62,279 nucleotides of DNA from Pseudomonadota bacterium (GTDB lineage Bacteria; Pseudomonadota; Gammaproteobacteria; Enterobacterales; JBCCZV01). The DNA lies in contig JBCCZV010000005.1 of assembly GCA_039187085.1 (NCBI GenBank), positions 1 to 62,279 of the forward strand, written 5' to 3'. The position numbers were made by a program, and so were the translations under genes. Position 1 is the first letter of the stretch; each line of letters starts with the position of its first letter. Of this stretch, positions 48,374-57,872 are shown in pieces. The notes under the pieces are model-generated. The model saw only the letters and a list, made by a program, of their open reading frames with translations, was not told the DNA's origin and did not search any database.

Positions 48374-49177
48374 TTAATGGTTTCCGTGACTTGGCGAGTC
48401 GATGTCCAACAAAAATGCTGAAATATCGTTAACAAAATCTTCTTTATGGGAAAGAAAAGGCGCATGACTTGCCTTTGGATAAATAAGATGCTGAGAGCGA
48501 GGGTGAAGACGCGAGGTCTCCTCGGCGGCTTTTACGGGTACCAGTCCGTCTAAACGTCCATACAAGCGCAACCAAGGTTGCTCAATCTGTTGTATGTCCT
48601 GACGTAAATCACTTTGCCTTAACATATCGAGGCCACCGGTTAGAGCTTTGGGCGCGGGTTGACCGTGCAGAAAAGCCGTGCGTTTCAGAGTGACGATGTC
48701 TTCTTTTTGCGTGATACTGCCCATCGTCTGAATACCTAAAAAGCGAATAATAGTCCCCTCATAATCTTCGGTTAGCAATGAAGCAAAGTTGTCCATCACT
48801 TCCGGTTTCATGGCGTGGGGCCAATCTGCGGTTTGAATAAAATACGGATTGCTCGCAACCGTGATTAACTTTTGCAGGCGATGAGGCGCTGTTGCTGCTA
48901 AGTGCATAGTGAGAAGCCCACCCAGAGACCAGCCTAGCCAATAGGCTTGCGCCGGTGCAACGGCAAGGACCGATTCGGCTAACATCGCAAGGCTATACTC
49001 TCTATTCGGAAGGGGACTGCGTCCAAACCCTGGCAAATCGATGCAATGCAAACGAAATCTTTGCTCAAGTTCGGGCTTGATAGTGTCCCAAATATCGCTG
49101 TGCAACCCCCATCCATGCAGCATGACGAGATCAGGTCCAGTGCCTGAGACGGCCACATAAGGTTTAATAAGGCTCAT
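48374..49177 (-). CDS. bioH: Pimeloyl-ACP methyl ester esterase BioH (alpha/beta hydrolase)
   Basis: Start at Met50 (ATG 49177). LVMLHGWGL and nucleophile elbow GWSLGG. C-terminal ...ASHAPFLSH (catalytic His). Confidence 0.8.
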   Translation of the reverse strand: MSLIKPYVAVSGTGPDLVMLHGWGLHSDIWDTIKPELEQRFRLHCIDLPGFGRSPLPNREYSLAMLAESVLAVAPAQAYWLGWSLGGLLTMHLAATAPHRLQKLITVASNPYFIQTADWPHAMKPEVMDNFASLLTEDYEGTIIRFLGIQTMGSITQKEDIVTLKRTAFLHGQPAPKALTGGLDMLRQSDLRQDIQQIEQPWLRLYGRLDGLVPVKAAEETSRLHPRSQHLIYPKASHAPFLSHKEDFVNDISAFLLDIDSPSHGNH

Positions 49178-49188
49178 GATGGTTGATC

Positions 49189-50370
49189 CTAGTAACGGTT
49201 TAAAGCAGCTGCTAAATGCTCGACCAGCTGCGTAATGTGTTTGGGTTGATGAGCTGCGCTCAAAGTAATTCTGAGTCTTGCCGTGCCTTGGGGTACTGTC
49301 GGTGGCCGAATCGCACCCACCCAAAACCCTCGATTTTTGAGTATGGCCGCCAATGCTTGCGTTTTAGCATTATCACCAATAATCAGTGGTTGTATGGCTG
49401 ATTCGCTCGGTAATAATTCAAGGCCTGCATTTCGGCAAGATTGGCGAAAGTAGGCAATATTAGTATGTAGTTGGTGTTTGTGTTGAGGCTCTTTGTTTAA
49501 GAGCGATAAACTGGCTCTCGCCGCTGCTGCTAATGAGGGTGGCAGTGCCGTTGTGTAAATGTAACTACGCGCCGTTTGCATGATATGTTCAATCCAGTGA
49601 GAGGGCCCAGCAACAAAGGCTCCAAAAGTACCAAGCGCCTTGCCGAGCGTGCCCATCAATAACGGAACTTGTTGTTGACTGAGTGCCGTTTGTTCCACAA
49701 GTCCCGCGCCTCTCGCACCCAAAACACCCATTCCATGCGCATCATCAACGATCAAGCTGGCCTGGTAATCTCGTGCGAGTGCCGCCATTTCTGGTAATGG
49801 GGCTAGATCACCATCCATGCTGAAAACGCCATCGGTCACAATCCATTTACGCATATTGTCAGGGCTTTGTTGTAAGCGCTTTTCCAGCGAGTCCAAGTCG
49901 TTATGGGCGTAACGCTTAAACTGGGCATGGGATTGTTGGCCAGCATCAATTAATGAAGCGTGGTTGAGTTTGTCTTCCAAAAAGACGCTATGTTTATTGG
50001 CAAAAGCGCCCAACATGCCTAAGTTAGCCATATAGCCGGTGGAAAATAATAAAACCGCATCACGCTGTAAGAGTTTCGCCAAGTCTTTTTCAAGCTGGCT
50101 GTGCTCCTCGCTGTGGCCATTGACTAAATGAGCAGCGCCACTGCCGACCCCATAGTGCAAAGCCGCTTGGCGATAAGCATCAATAACAGCAGGGTGGCAT
50201 GAAAAGCCTAAATAATCGTTACTCGCAAAATCAATGAAGGTTTGGTTCTCAATATGAATGAAAGGCGGTTCTCTGCGCTCAACACATAGTCGCTGTCGTT
50301 GACGGTGCTCTTGCTCGCGTTGTTGAGCTTGTTGTGCTATCCAATCTTCGGCAACTTGATTCATCCGCAT
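49189..50370 (-). CDS. bioF: 8-amino-7-oxononanoate synthase
   Basis: FASNDYLG, DDAHG.GV.G..G and the PLP-Lys context GTLGKALG. Confidence 0.92.
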   Translation of the reverse strand: MRMNQVAEDWIAQQAQQREQEHRQRQRLCVERREPPFIHIENQTFIDFASNDYLGFSCHPAVIDAYRQAALHYGVGSGAAHLVNGHSEEHSQLEKDLAKLLQRDAVLLFSTGYMANLGMLGAFANKHSVFLEDKLNHASLIDAGQQSHAQFKRYAHNDLDSLEKRLQQSPDNMRKWIVTDGVFSMDGDLAPLPEMAALARDYQASLIVDDAHGMGVLGARGAGLVEQTALSQQQVPLLMGTLGKALGTFGAFVAGPSHWIEHIMQTARSYIYTTALPPSLAAAARASLSLLNKEPQHKHQLHTNIAYFRQSCRNAGLELLPSESAIQPLIIGDNAKTQALAAILKNRGFWVGAIRPPTVPQGTARLRITLSAAHQPKHITQLVEHLAAALNRY

Positions 50371-50378
50371 ATTGAGAT

Positions 50379-51437
50379 TTACGCCGGATAGTACAGAGGT
50401 TTTTCCTCTTGTTGTTGAGGTAACGGTGCAGTTTTAACCTCGGATTCTAAGCGCATTTCAGGTTGAATACCCAGCGAAGCGAATAATTGATGATCGGTAT
50501 TTTCTTCGGGGTTAGGGGTTGTTAATAATTTGTCACCATAAAAAATAGAATTGGCCCCGGCAAAAAAGGCCAAAGCTTGAGTTGTTGACGACATAGTTTC
50601 GCGCCCTGCAGACAGCCTCACATAGGATTGAGGCATCATAATTCTCGCTACCGCGATAGTGCGGACAAATTCGATATCATCGAGAGGTTGTGTATCCGCT
50701 AATGGCGTACCTGGAACAGCTACTAAGCGATTGATAGGCACACTCTGTGGATGTTCGGGTAGATTGGCCAATTCCATCAGAAAATGCAGGCGATCGACTT
50801 CTTCTTCTCCCATGCCAATAATCCCGCCACAGCAGACGTTAATGCCAGCGGCACGCACATTTTCAAGTGTGTCGAGGCGATCATCAAAGGTGCGTGTGGA
50901 GATGATTTGTTGGTAGTAATCACGAGAGGTATCAATATTGTGATTGTAATAATCTAAGCCGGCCTCTTTCAAAGCCGTAGCTTGATCAGAGGAAAGCATA
51001 CCTAAGGTAACGCAAGTTTCCATGCCTAACGCTTTGACAGCTTTAACCATTTCAATGACAACGTCCAAATCTTTGGCACGCGGTGAGCGCCAGGCTGCCC
51101 CCATACAAAATCGGGTTGCTCCGCTTTCCTTGGCTTCTTTGGCTTCTGTGATGACTTCTTGAATCGCTAAGAGTTTTTCTTTTTCAAGCTCAGTGTTAAA
51201 GTGTCCACTTTGCGGGCAATAAGCGCAGTCTTCTGGGCAAGCCCCAGTTTTAATACTCAGTAAACGGCTGGTCTGTACCTGATTGGGATTAAAATGACGA
51301 CGGTGTATGGTCTGTGCTGCAAATAATAAATCGTTAAATGGCAAAGCAAAGAGGGATTGGATTTCGTTGAGTTGCCAGTTGTGACGTAGGTTTCCTTGAA
51401 AAGCAAGGTCAAAGGCAGAATTAGTCATTGTCATCAT
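50379..51437 (-). CDS. bioB: Biotin synthase
   Basis: Radical-SAM [27 protein letters not shown]. Confidence 0.97.
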   Translation of the reverse strand: MMTMTNSAFDLAFQGNLRHNWQLNEIQSLFALPFNDLLFAAQTIHRRHFNPNQVQTSRLLSIKTGACPEDCAYCPQSGHFNTELEKEKLLAIQEVITEAKEAKESGATRFCMGAAWRSPRAKDLDVVIEMVKAVKALGMETCVTLGMLSSDQATALKEAGLDYYNHNIDTSRDYYQQIISTRTFDDRLDTLENVRAAGINVCCGGIIGMGEEEVDRLHFLMELANLPEHPQSVPINRLVAVPGTPLADTQPLDDIEFVRTIAVARIMMPQSYVRLSAGRETMSSTTQALAFFAGANSIFYGDKLLTTPNPEENTDHQLFASLGIQPEMRLESEVKTAPLPQQQEEKPLYYPA

Positions 51438-51547
51438 CTTCTCGTTATCATGGCACTGCAGTTACTCGCAGTGGGGCTGTTAGGTGACCTAGTAGAACTC
51501 AACTATCATAGCTTTAACCCTATCACTGTCAACCAGGGAGGTGAATT

Positions 51548-52255
51548 TTGGCAAACAGCTTTTTGCCGCGCTTTATTCGAACGAGTGGGCTAAATGCCTG
51601 TTATCTGTGCGAAACAGCGATAACATCCAATGAAAAAGTGTGTGAATTTTGTTTCAGTGAATTGCAAGAAATACGGGGGGCTTGCAAAGGCTGCGCATTA
51701 CCTATGCAAGTGGATCAAGCGGGTTTTTGCGGTCAATGTCGAGAAAAACGGATGACAACTACTATAATATTGGCAGCTTATCGTTATGCGCCGCCTCTCA
51801 ACTTTTTAGTTCATGGCTTCAAATACCATCAACAAGTGACTATCCTAGATTCCCTTTGTAATAAACTTAACAGTGTGATTAAAGCGGCATATTCAGAGCA
51901 AGAGTCTTTACCCTCGACTTTATATCCAGTGCCTCTGCATCCAAAACGTCATCGAGAACGTGGATATAATCAAGCTGTTGAAATAGCAAAGCGCTTGCGC
52001 GATTGCGAGCTCGCAATTCCGGTTTCCTCACAATGCCGGCGTATAAAAAATACCCGTTCACAGAGTGAACTAACTCATGCAGAACGTGCTCGAAACGTAG
52101 AAGCTGTTTTTGAGATTAATGAAACCGTTGATAGCCATGTGGCTATTATTGATGATGTCCTGACCACGGGCGCTACCGTTGCAGCCCTAGCGCAAACATT
52201 GAAAGAAAGCGGCGCTAAGCGTATCGACGTTTGGTGCATTGCAAGGGCTTTTTAA
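51548..52255 (+). CDS. comF: ComF/GntX-family protein (PRTase-like competence protein)
   Basis: N-terminal double CxxC zinc ribbon (CYLCE...CEFC...CKGC...CGQC). C-terminal PRPP-binding VAIIDDVLTTGATV. TTG start as tracked. Confidence 0.8.
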   Translation: MANSFLPRFIRTSGLNACYLCETAITSNEKVCEFCFSELQEIRGACKGCALPMQVDQAGFCGQCREKRMTTTIILAAYRYAPPLNFLVHGFKYHQQVTILDSLCNKLNSVIKAAYSEQESLPSTLYPVPLHPKRHRERGYNQAVEIAKRLRDCELAIPVSSQCRRIKNTRSQSELTHAERARNVEAVFEINETVDSHVAIIDDVLTTGATVAALAQTLKESGAKRIDVWCIARAF

Positions 52256-52288
52256 AGTCCGGTTGAGCATAGGAACTTTAGATAAAGA

Positions 52289-53659
52289 ATGAATAATCCT
52301 TCTAATTTGTTATCCGGTCGTCGAGGTTTCTATGGCGTAAAAAAAGAGCGCTTATCTGAAATAATGGTGTTGGCGCTTCCCATTATTGGTGGAATGATGT
52401 CGCAGACTTTGCTCAACATCATTGATATCAAAATGGTGAGCCATTTAGGACCTACAGCTATCGCAGCTGTGGGTTTTTGTTCTTTTATCAATTTTGTGGC
52501 GGCCTCTGTCTTTATTGGTTTAAGTGTGGGCGTGCAAGCTATCGTTGCACGGCGCATGGGGGAAAACCAATTGAAGAAAGCCGCCCGACCATTAAATGCC
52601 GGTATCGCCATTAATTTAGCGTTTGCGATTCCTGTTTCTGTCGCGTTAATAGTATTGGCCCCGCAACTGCTTAACTTTATGCTGGATGATGAAGCATTAA
52701 TTGCAGAAGGTTTACCCTATTTACAAGCCCGTTTTGCTGGTATTGCGGCTTTAGGTATCAATTTTTGTTTTCGCGGCTTTTTCAGTGCCATTCGACAAAC
52801 TCGGGTTTATTTGCGCACAATTATTACGATTCATATCATTAATGTAGCTGTCAGTTACCTTTTGGTTTTTGGTGTTGGGCCTTTTCCTGAAATGGGGGCT
52901 TTGGGTGCCGGTTTAGGAACTTCCATTTCCTTGATGTGTGGGTCTCTCATTTATATGATCTATGCCTATATAAAGTGTCGTCATTTCGGTTTTGGTTGGA
53001 CGATGCCGAAGCGTCATGTGGTTTCTCAGGTATTGAAAATTTCCATCCCGGCTTCTTTGCAACAATTATTTTTTGCCGGTGGTTTTACGGTGTTTTTTTG
53101 GATCATCAGTCAAGTCGGTACTGATGAAGTGGCCTTATCCAACATATACGTTAATTTGCTGATGGTAGCGGCTTTACCCTGTATTGGTTTTGGTTTGGCA
53201 GCGAGCACTCTGGTTTCCCAAGCCTTGGGACGTAAAGAGCCGGAAGATGCGCATGCATGGGCCTGGGATGTGGCTAAAGTGGCCAGTGTCGCTGTGTGTT
53301 TAATTGGTGTGCCGTTAGCTATCTTTCCGGAATTTTTCTTGGGCTTTTTCTTTGATGATGAAGAACTCATTCAAAATGGCGCGCCTATTCTGCGTTTAGT
53401 GGGGTTGATGATGCCTCTGGATGCTATGGGCATTGTATTTTTAAACGCTTTGCAAGGCGCAGGGGCAACCAGCCAAACCATGCGGGTGACAGTAGTCGCT
53501 CAATGGCTAGTATGCTTACCGCTCACCTTCTGCGTTGGGCCATTATTGGGGTTAGGCTTGAGTGCCATTTGGATCGTGCAAGTGGCTTATCGTTCGGTTC
53601 AAGCCATGATTTTTATGGGTATGTGGCAAAAAAGACGATGGCAAAGTATTCAATTGTAA
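52289..53659 (+). CDS. MATE-family multidrug/sodium efflux transporter
   Basis: 12-TM protein with LALPIIGGMMSQTLLNIIDIKMVSHLG... and an internal duplication typical of NorM/DinF-type MATE pumps. Confidence 0.9.
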   Translation: MNNPSNLLSGRRGFYGVKKERLSEIMVLALPIIGGMMSQTLLNIIDIKMVSHLGPTAIAAVGFCSFINFVAASVFIGLSVGVQAIVARRMGENQLKKAARPLNAGIAINLAFAIPVSVALIVLAPQLLNFMLDDEALIAEGLPYLQARFAGIAALGINFCFRGFFSAIRQTRVYLRTIITIHIINVAVSYLLVFGVGPFPEMGALGAGLGTSISLMCGSLIYMIYAYIKCRHFGFGWTMPKRHVVSQVLKISIPASLQQLFFAGGFTVFFWIISQVGTDEVALSNIYVNLLMVAALPCIGFGLAASTLVSQALGRKEPEDAHAWAWDVAKVASVAVCLIGVPLAIFPEFFLGFFFDDEELIQNGAPILRLVGLMMPLDAMGIVFLNALQGAGATSQTMRVTVVAQWLVCLPLTFCVGPLLGLGLSAIWIVQVAYRSVQAMIFMGMWQKRRWQSIQL

Positions 53660-53683
53660 TGCGCGATCGCGCTAGTGCGTGCT

Positions 53684-54418
53684 TTAAAAATCGCCAGCGA
53701 GCAGTTGGGCTGCGCTAATCAGAGCCAAGGCTGCTGTTTCGGTACGTAGAATGCGTGGCCCTAAAGTAACCGCTTGAAATCCCTGCTGGATAGCGGTATC
53801 AATTTCCTGCGCGGTCAGCCCACCTTCTGGACCCACTAAAATACACAAGTCTTGAGTTTGTGCATCCATCACTTGAGACAAGCGTTGGGCATCTCGCCAA
53901 TCCATGACGACTTTGGTGACGCTAGCATCAATAGGCTCGAACCACGAGGAGAGAGTGCTGAGGTGGTTGACACTCGGTACAAGATTCCTACCCGATTGCT
54001 CACAAGCACTAATCACAACTTTTTGCCAGTGTTCTTGTTTTTTTTGTAAACGTTGTGTATCGAGTTTGACTCCGCAACGTTCGCTAGTAAGTGGAGTAAT
54101 GCGTGATACGCCAAGCTCCACAGCTTTTTGCAATGTAAAATCCATTTTGTCACCACGTGAAATGACTTGACCCAAATGAATGCGTAGAGGTGACTCTTTT
54201 TGAGTCGCGTCTTTACGGCGTAAAATGACTTGCGTTGTTTTTTTATCGAGCTGATTCACTTCGCCATGATAAGCAAAACTATCGCCGTTAAATAACTCGA
54301 CCAAGGCACCGAGTTTAACGCGTAAGACTCTGGTCAAGTGGGCATGAGCCTCATCAGTGAGAGTGATAGGCTGGTTTAAAGGTAATGGCTCAGGGTGGTA
54401 GAGTCGATGGATGCGCAT
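53684..54418 (-). CDS. rsmE: 16S rRNA (uracil1498-N3)-methyltransferase RsmE
   Basis: Start at Met12 (ATG 54418). MRIHRLYHP..L.......L..E..HH..RVLR, C-terminal VGPEGG....E........G......LG.RILRTETA. Confidence 0.9.
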   Translation of the reverse strand: MRIHRLYHPEPLPLNQPITLTDEAHAHLTRVLRVKLGALVELFNGDSFAYHGEVNQLDKKTTQVILRRKDATQKESPLRIHLGQVISRGDKMDFTLQKAVELGVSRITPLTSERCGVKLDTQRLQKKQEHWQKVVISACEQSGRNLVPSVNHLSTLSSWFEPIDASVTKVVMDWRDAQRLSQVMDAQTQDLCILVGPEGGLTAQEIDTAIQQGFQAVTLGPRILRTETAALALISAAQLLAGDF

Positions 54419-54583
54419 AGCAATGTTAGAAAACGTCAATAAGCTGATCAATTCCAGGAGAAGCAGGTTTTAGCCTTAAATACGGACTCTATAAGTTTGA
54501 GCACTGAGAGAGAGTCTCTTCTAGCAATACTCTCTCAGTGCTCTGATTTATTGGCGTATATAGCTTAAGGCAATTTTGTCCAA

Positions 54584-55876
54584 TTAGTAGCGGTAATGGT
54601 CGGTTTTGAAAGGCCCTTCAACCTTAACACCAATGTAATCAGCTTGTTCTTGGGTTAAAGTCGTGAGGTTGGCACCGATGCGTTCTAGGTGTAAACGTGC
54701 TACTTTTTCATCAAGATGTTTCGGCAATACGAAAACATTTTTCTCATAGTTGCTGTGATTTTTCCATAACTCAATTTGTGCCAGCACTTGGTTTGTGAAA
54801 GAGTTTGACATCACAAAGCTGGGGTGGCCAGTGGCGCAGCCTAAGTTTACCAAACGTCCTTCTGCCAATAAGATAATACGCTTACCGTCAGGGAAAATAA
54901 TATGATCCACTTGTGGCTTGATATTTTCTTTCTCATATTGACTTAATGAAGCAACATCAATTTCGTTATCAAAATGACCAATGTTACAAACGATGGCTTG
55001 GTCTTTCATCGCTAGCATATGATCGTGTTTGATGATATTGAAGTTACCGGTTGCAGTAACAAAAATGTCGACGCTGCTAACGGCTTCTTCCAAAGTGACC
55101 ACGCGGAAACCTTCCATAGCTGCTTGTAACGCACAAATGGGGTCGATTTCTGTGATAAGAACCGTGGCCCCTAAGCTGCGTAACGATTGCGCACAGCCTT
55201 TGCCGACATCACCGTAACCAGCAACCAGTGCAATTTTACCGGCAATCATGACATCAGTGGCGCGCTTGATACCATCAACTAACGATTCGCGACAACCGTA
55301 AAGGTTATCAAATTTGGACTTAGTAACGGAGTCATTAACGTTAATGGCTGGTGCTTGTAATTCATTCTTTTTGGCCATTTCATACAGTCTTAAAACCCCA
55401 GTGGTGGTTTCTTCGGTGATACCTTTGATGTCGGCCATTAGCTCAGGGTAATCTTTATGCATCATTACCGTAAGGTCGCCGCCATCATCTAAAATCATGT
55501 TGGGAGTCCAGCCGTCCGGGCCTTTAATCGTTTGATGAATACACCACTCGTATTCTTCCTCCGTTTCACCTTTCCAAGCGAATACGGGTACGCCTGAAGC
55601 CGCAATCGCTGCAGCTGCATGATCTTGTGTTGAAAAGATATTACAAGAAGACCAGCGCACTTCGGCACCTAAAGCAGTTAAGGTTTCGATAAGTACGGCA
55701 GTTTGAATGGTCATGTGTAAACAACCGGCAATGCGTGCGCCTTGCAAAGGCTTCTCGTTACCATATTCTTTGCGGACCGCCATCAAACCTGGCATTTCGG
55801 TTTCAGCAATTGAAATCTCTTTACGGCCCCAATCGGCTAAGTTGATATCTCTAACTTTAAAATCTGTTGCACTCAT
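54584..55876 (-). CDS. ahcY: Adenosylhomocysteinase
   Basis: [47 protein letters not shown], ...DHYRY*. Confidence 0.97.
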   Translation of the reverse strand: MSATDFKVRDINLADWGRKEISIAETEMPGLMAVRKEYGNEKPLQGARIAGCLHMTIQTAVLIETLTALGAEVRWSSCNIFSTQDHAAAAIAASGVPVFAWKGETEEEYEWCIHQTIKGPDGWTPNMILDDGGDLTVMMHKDYPELMADIKGITEETTTGVLRLYEMAKKNELQAPAINVNDSVTKSKFDNLYGCRESLVDGIKRATDVMIAGKIALVAGYGDVGKGCAQSLRSLGATVLITEIDPICALQAAMEGFRVVTLEEAVSSVDIFVTATGNFNIIKHDHMLAMKDQAIVCNIGHFDNEIDVASLSQYEKENIKPQVDHIIFPDGKRIILLAEGRLVNLGCATGHPSFVMSNSFTNQVLAQIELWKNHSNYEKNVFVLPKHLDEKVARLHLERIGANLTTLTQEQADYIGVKVEGPFKTDHYRY

Positions 55877-55992
55877 GATAGATGCTCCATCGTGGTAATC
55901 CGCTATTAAACGCGGCTATCTGGTGAAAATGGGTGATTGTCAGGAACTGAAAGCGACATCCATCATACGCATGTCGCTTAAAATAGGATGGG

Positions 55993-57153
55993 TTAAATGC
56001 CCGCAGCGTCTTTCAATGCTTGTACTTTATCTGTCTTTTCCCAAGTAAAAGTGGCTTCTTCGCGACCAAAATGACCGTAAGAGGCTGTTGGGGAATAGAT
56101 AGGTCGTAATAAGTCTAGCATCTCTATCAAACCGCGAGGACGTAAATCGAAATATTCACGTACCAGTTTGACTAAGGAGTCATCGTCGATTTTTCCTGTG
56201 CCAAAAGTATTAATACTGATAGAAGTGGGCTCTGCCACACCAATCGCATAAGAGACTTGAATTTCACAACGGTCAGCCAAGCCAGCAGCGACAATGTTTT
56301 TCGCTACATAACGACCAGCGTACGCCGCACTACGATCGACTTTTGAGGGATCTTTCCCAGAAAAAGCACCGCCACCATGGCGAGCCATACCGCCGTAAGT
56401 ATCAACGATGATTTTACGTCCTGTTAAGCCGCAGTCGCCAAGCGGACCACCAATAACAAAACGTCCGGTGGGATTAATAAAAAATTTGGTGCGACTATCG
56501 AGCCATTCGCTCGGTAAAACAGGCTTGATGATGACTTCGCGAACGGCTTCTTCAAGCTCGCTTTGAGAAATTTCCGGGGCATGCTGGGTCGATAAAACCA
56601 CAGCTTCAATGGCAACGGGTTTACCATTTTCATAACGGAAAGTGACTTGGCTTTTGGCATCGGGACGCAACCAGGCAAGTGTGCCACCTTTACGCGCTTG
56701 AGCTTGTTTTTGCACTAAACGATGGGCAAAAGTGATGGGAGCTGGCATTAAAACATCGGTTTCGTTAGTGGCATAACCAAACATTAAACCTTGATCGCCA
56801 GCACCTTGATTGAGCAGCTCTTCGCGATCGACGCCTTGCGCGATATCTTTTGATTGTTTACCGATGGCATTTAAAATCGCACAGGATTCCCAATCAAACC
56901 CCATGTCAGAACTGTTATAACCAATTTTCTTGACGGTGTTACGCGCAATTTCTTCGATATCAACCCAGCTAGACGTGCTGATTTCTCCACCCACAATGAC
57001 CATTCCGGTTTTCACGAAGGTCTCACATGCCACACGTGCGTTGGGATCTTGAGCGATGATAGCGTCTAAAACGGCATCAGAAATTTGATCGGCGATTTTA
57101 TCGGGGTGGCCCTCAGAGACTGACTCTGAAGTAAATACACTATATTCTGCCAT
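55993..57153 (-). CDS. metK: S-adenosylmethionine synthetase
   Basis: Start at Met36 ([26 protein letters not shown], compare E. coli [25 protein letters not shown]). [20 protein letters not shown]. Confidence 0.98.
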   Translation of the reverse strand: MAEYSVFTSESVSEGHPDKIADQISDAVLDAIIAQDPNARVACETFVKTGMVIVGGEISTSSWVDIEEIARNTVKKIGYNSSDMGFDWESCAILNAIGKQSKDIAQGVDREELLNQGAGDQGLMFGYATNETDVLMPAPITFAHRLVQKQAQARKGGTLAWLRPDAKSQVTFRYENGKPVAIEAVVLSTQHAPEISQSELEEAVREVIIKPVLPSEWLDSRTKFFINPTGRFVIGGPLGDCGLTGRKIIVDTYGGMARHGGGAFSGKDPSKVDRSAAYAGRYVAKNIVAAGLADRCEIQVSYAIGVAEPTSISINTFGTGKIDDDSLVKLVREYFDLRPRGLIEMLDLLRPIYSPTASYGHFGREEATFTWEKTDKVQALKDAAGI

Positions 57154-57530
57154 TACTTTCATTGTCCTCAGAAAATGTGTCGCGCAATGCGAGCTGCTGT
57201 GGATAAGGTTTAAAGACTGGCCATTGTAACGCAAATAAACGTGAGATTTAACCGACAAATTGCATCTATTTTAAAATGTCAAGCCGCTCAAAAAGTGATG
57301 AAAAAAAGCGCAGAAGAAAAGTGAGCTTTTGGTTATGGAAATGTTTAAGGATGATTGAAGCGTATGCTTTTAAATTTAGTAGACTGGATAAATGTTCAAA
57401 TCATCGAAAAAGAAAAGAGTTTTGGTTTACCAGTATGTTCGATGATTTGAGTGCGGTTGTTGCAAAGCAAATCAAGCTGACATTTTAAAGAGCAGCTTGT
57501 TAGTGACAACTAGGCTAGAAAAAGAAAAAT

Positions 57531-57872
57531 TTAATTAGCCTTAATTCCGTTTGGATCATCCGTAGGTTGTATTCTCTCTGTAACTATTGATGATTCTAAG
57601 CCGAAAAATGTAGATTCTGTTGAGATGGGAGTTTGGTCACTTTCTTCAATGATAATGACTTCGGCACCGGCAATGCTTTCAAAGTATTCCGCCATGGACG
57701 CTACTGATTCTGAATCGGGTGTATCGGTTTGAATGGTTACCGTCATTTCTCCAAACTCGTTTTCACCAAAAAGCACTTCAATGGAGTCTTCGCTTTCTAA
57801 TGCATATAGGGGTTGGCTTGCTAATAAACAAACCAAAAATATTGTTAATAATTTAAGTAAATTCACACCCAT
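57531..57872 (-). CDS. Small secreted acidic protein (hypothetical)
   Basis: Signal peptide LLKLLTIFLVCLLASQPLYA|LESE followed by a very acidic mature part. Its 5' end overlaps the 3' end of the upstream 813-aa gene. The start codon is uncertain (GTG 57881, ATG 57872 or GTG 57866). Confidence 0.5.
   Translation of the reverse strand: MGVNLLKLLTIFLVCLLASQPLYALESEDSIEVLFGENEFGEMTVTIQTDTPDSESVASMAEYFESIAGAEVIIIEESDQTPISTESTFFGLESSIVTERIQPTDDPNGIKAN

Noticed and set aside
51438-51547. BirA operator in the bioB-comF spacer
   Set aside because: Only a lone TTTAACC-like half-site and a loose TGTTAGGTGACC are present. There is no convincing 40-bp dyad.
55877-55992. Possible SAH riboswitch in the ahcY leader or SAM riboswitch near metK
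   Set aside because: The minus-strand leader contains a metK terminator-like hairpin (aagcgacat...atgtcgctt) and a small gatag/ctatc-closed structure. It is too short and lacks the conserved SAH-riboswitch core as I remember it. An Rfam scan would be needed to settle this.
57276-57488. 70-aa ORF (K/R-rich, MSSRSKSDEKKRRRK...) between metK and the small secreted protein gene
   Set aside because: It has no SD, low-complexity basic composition and no family resemblance. It lies in what is probably the metK promoter region.
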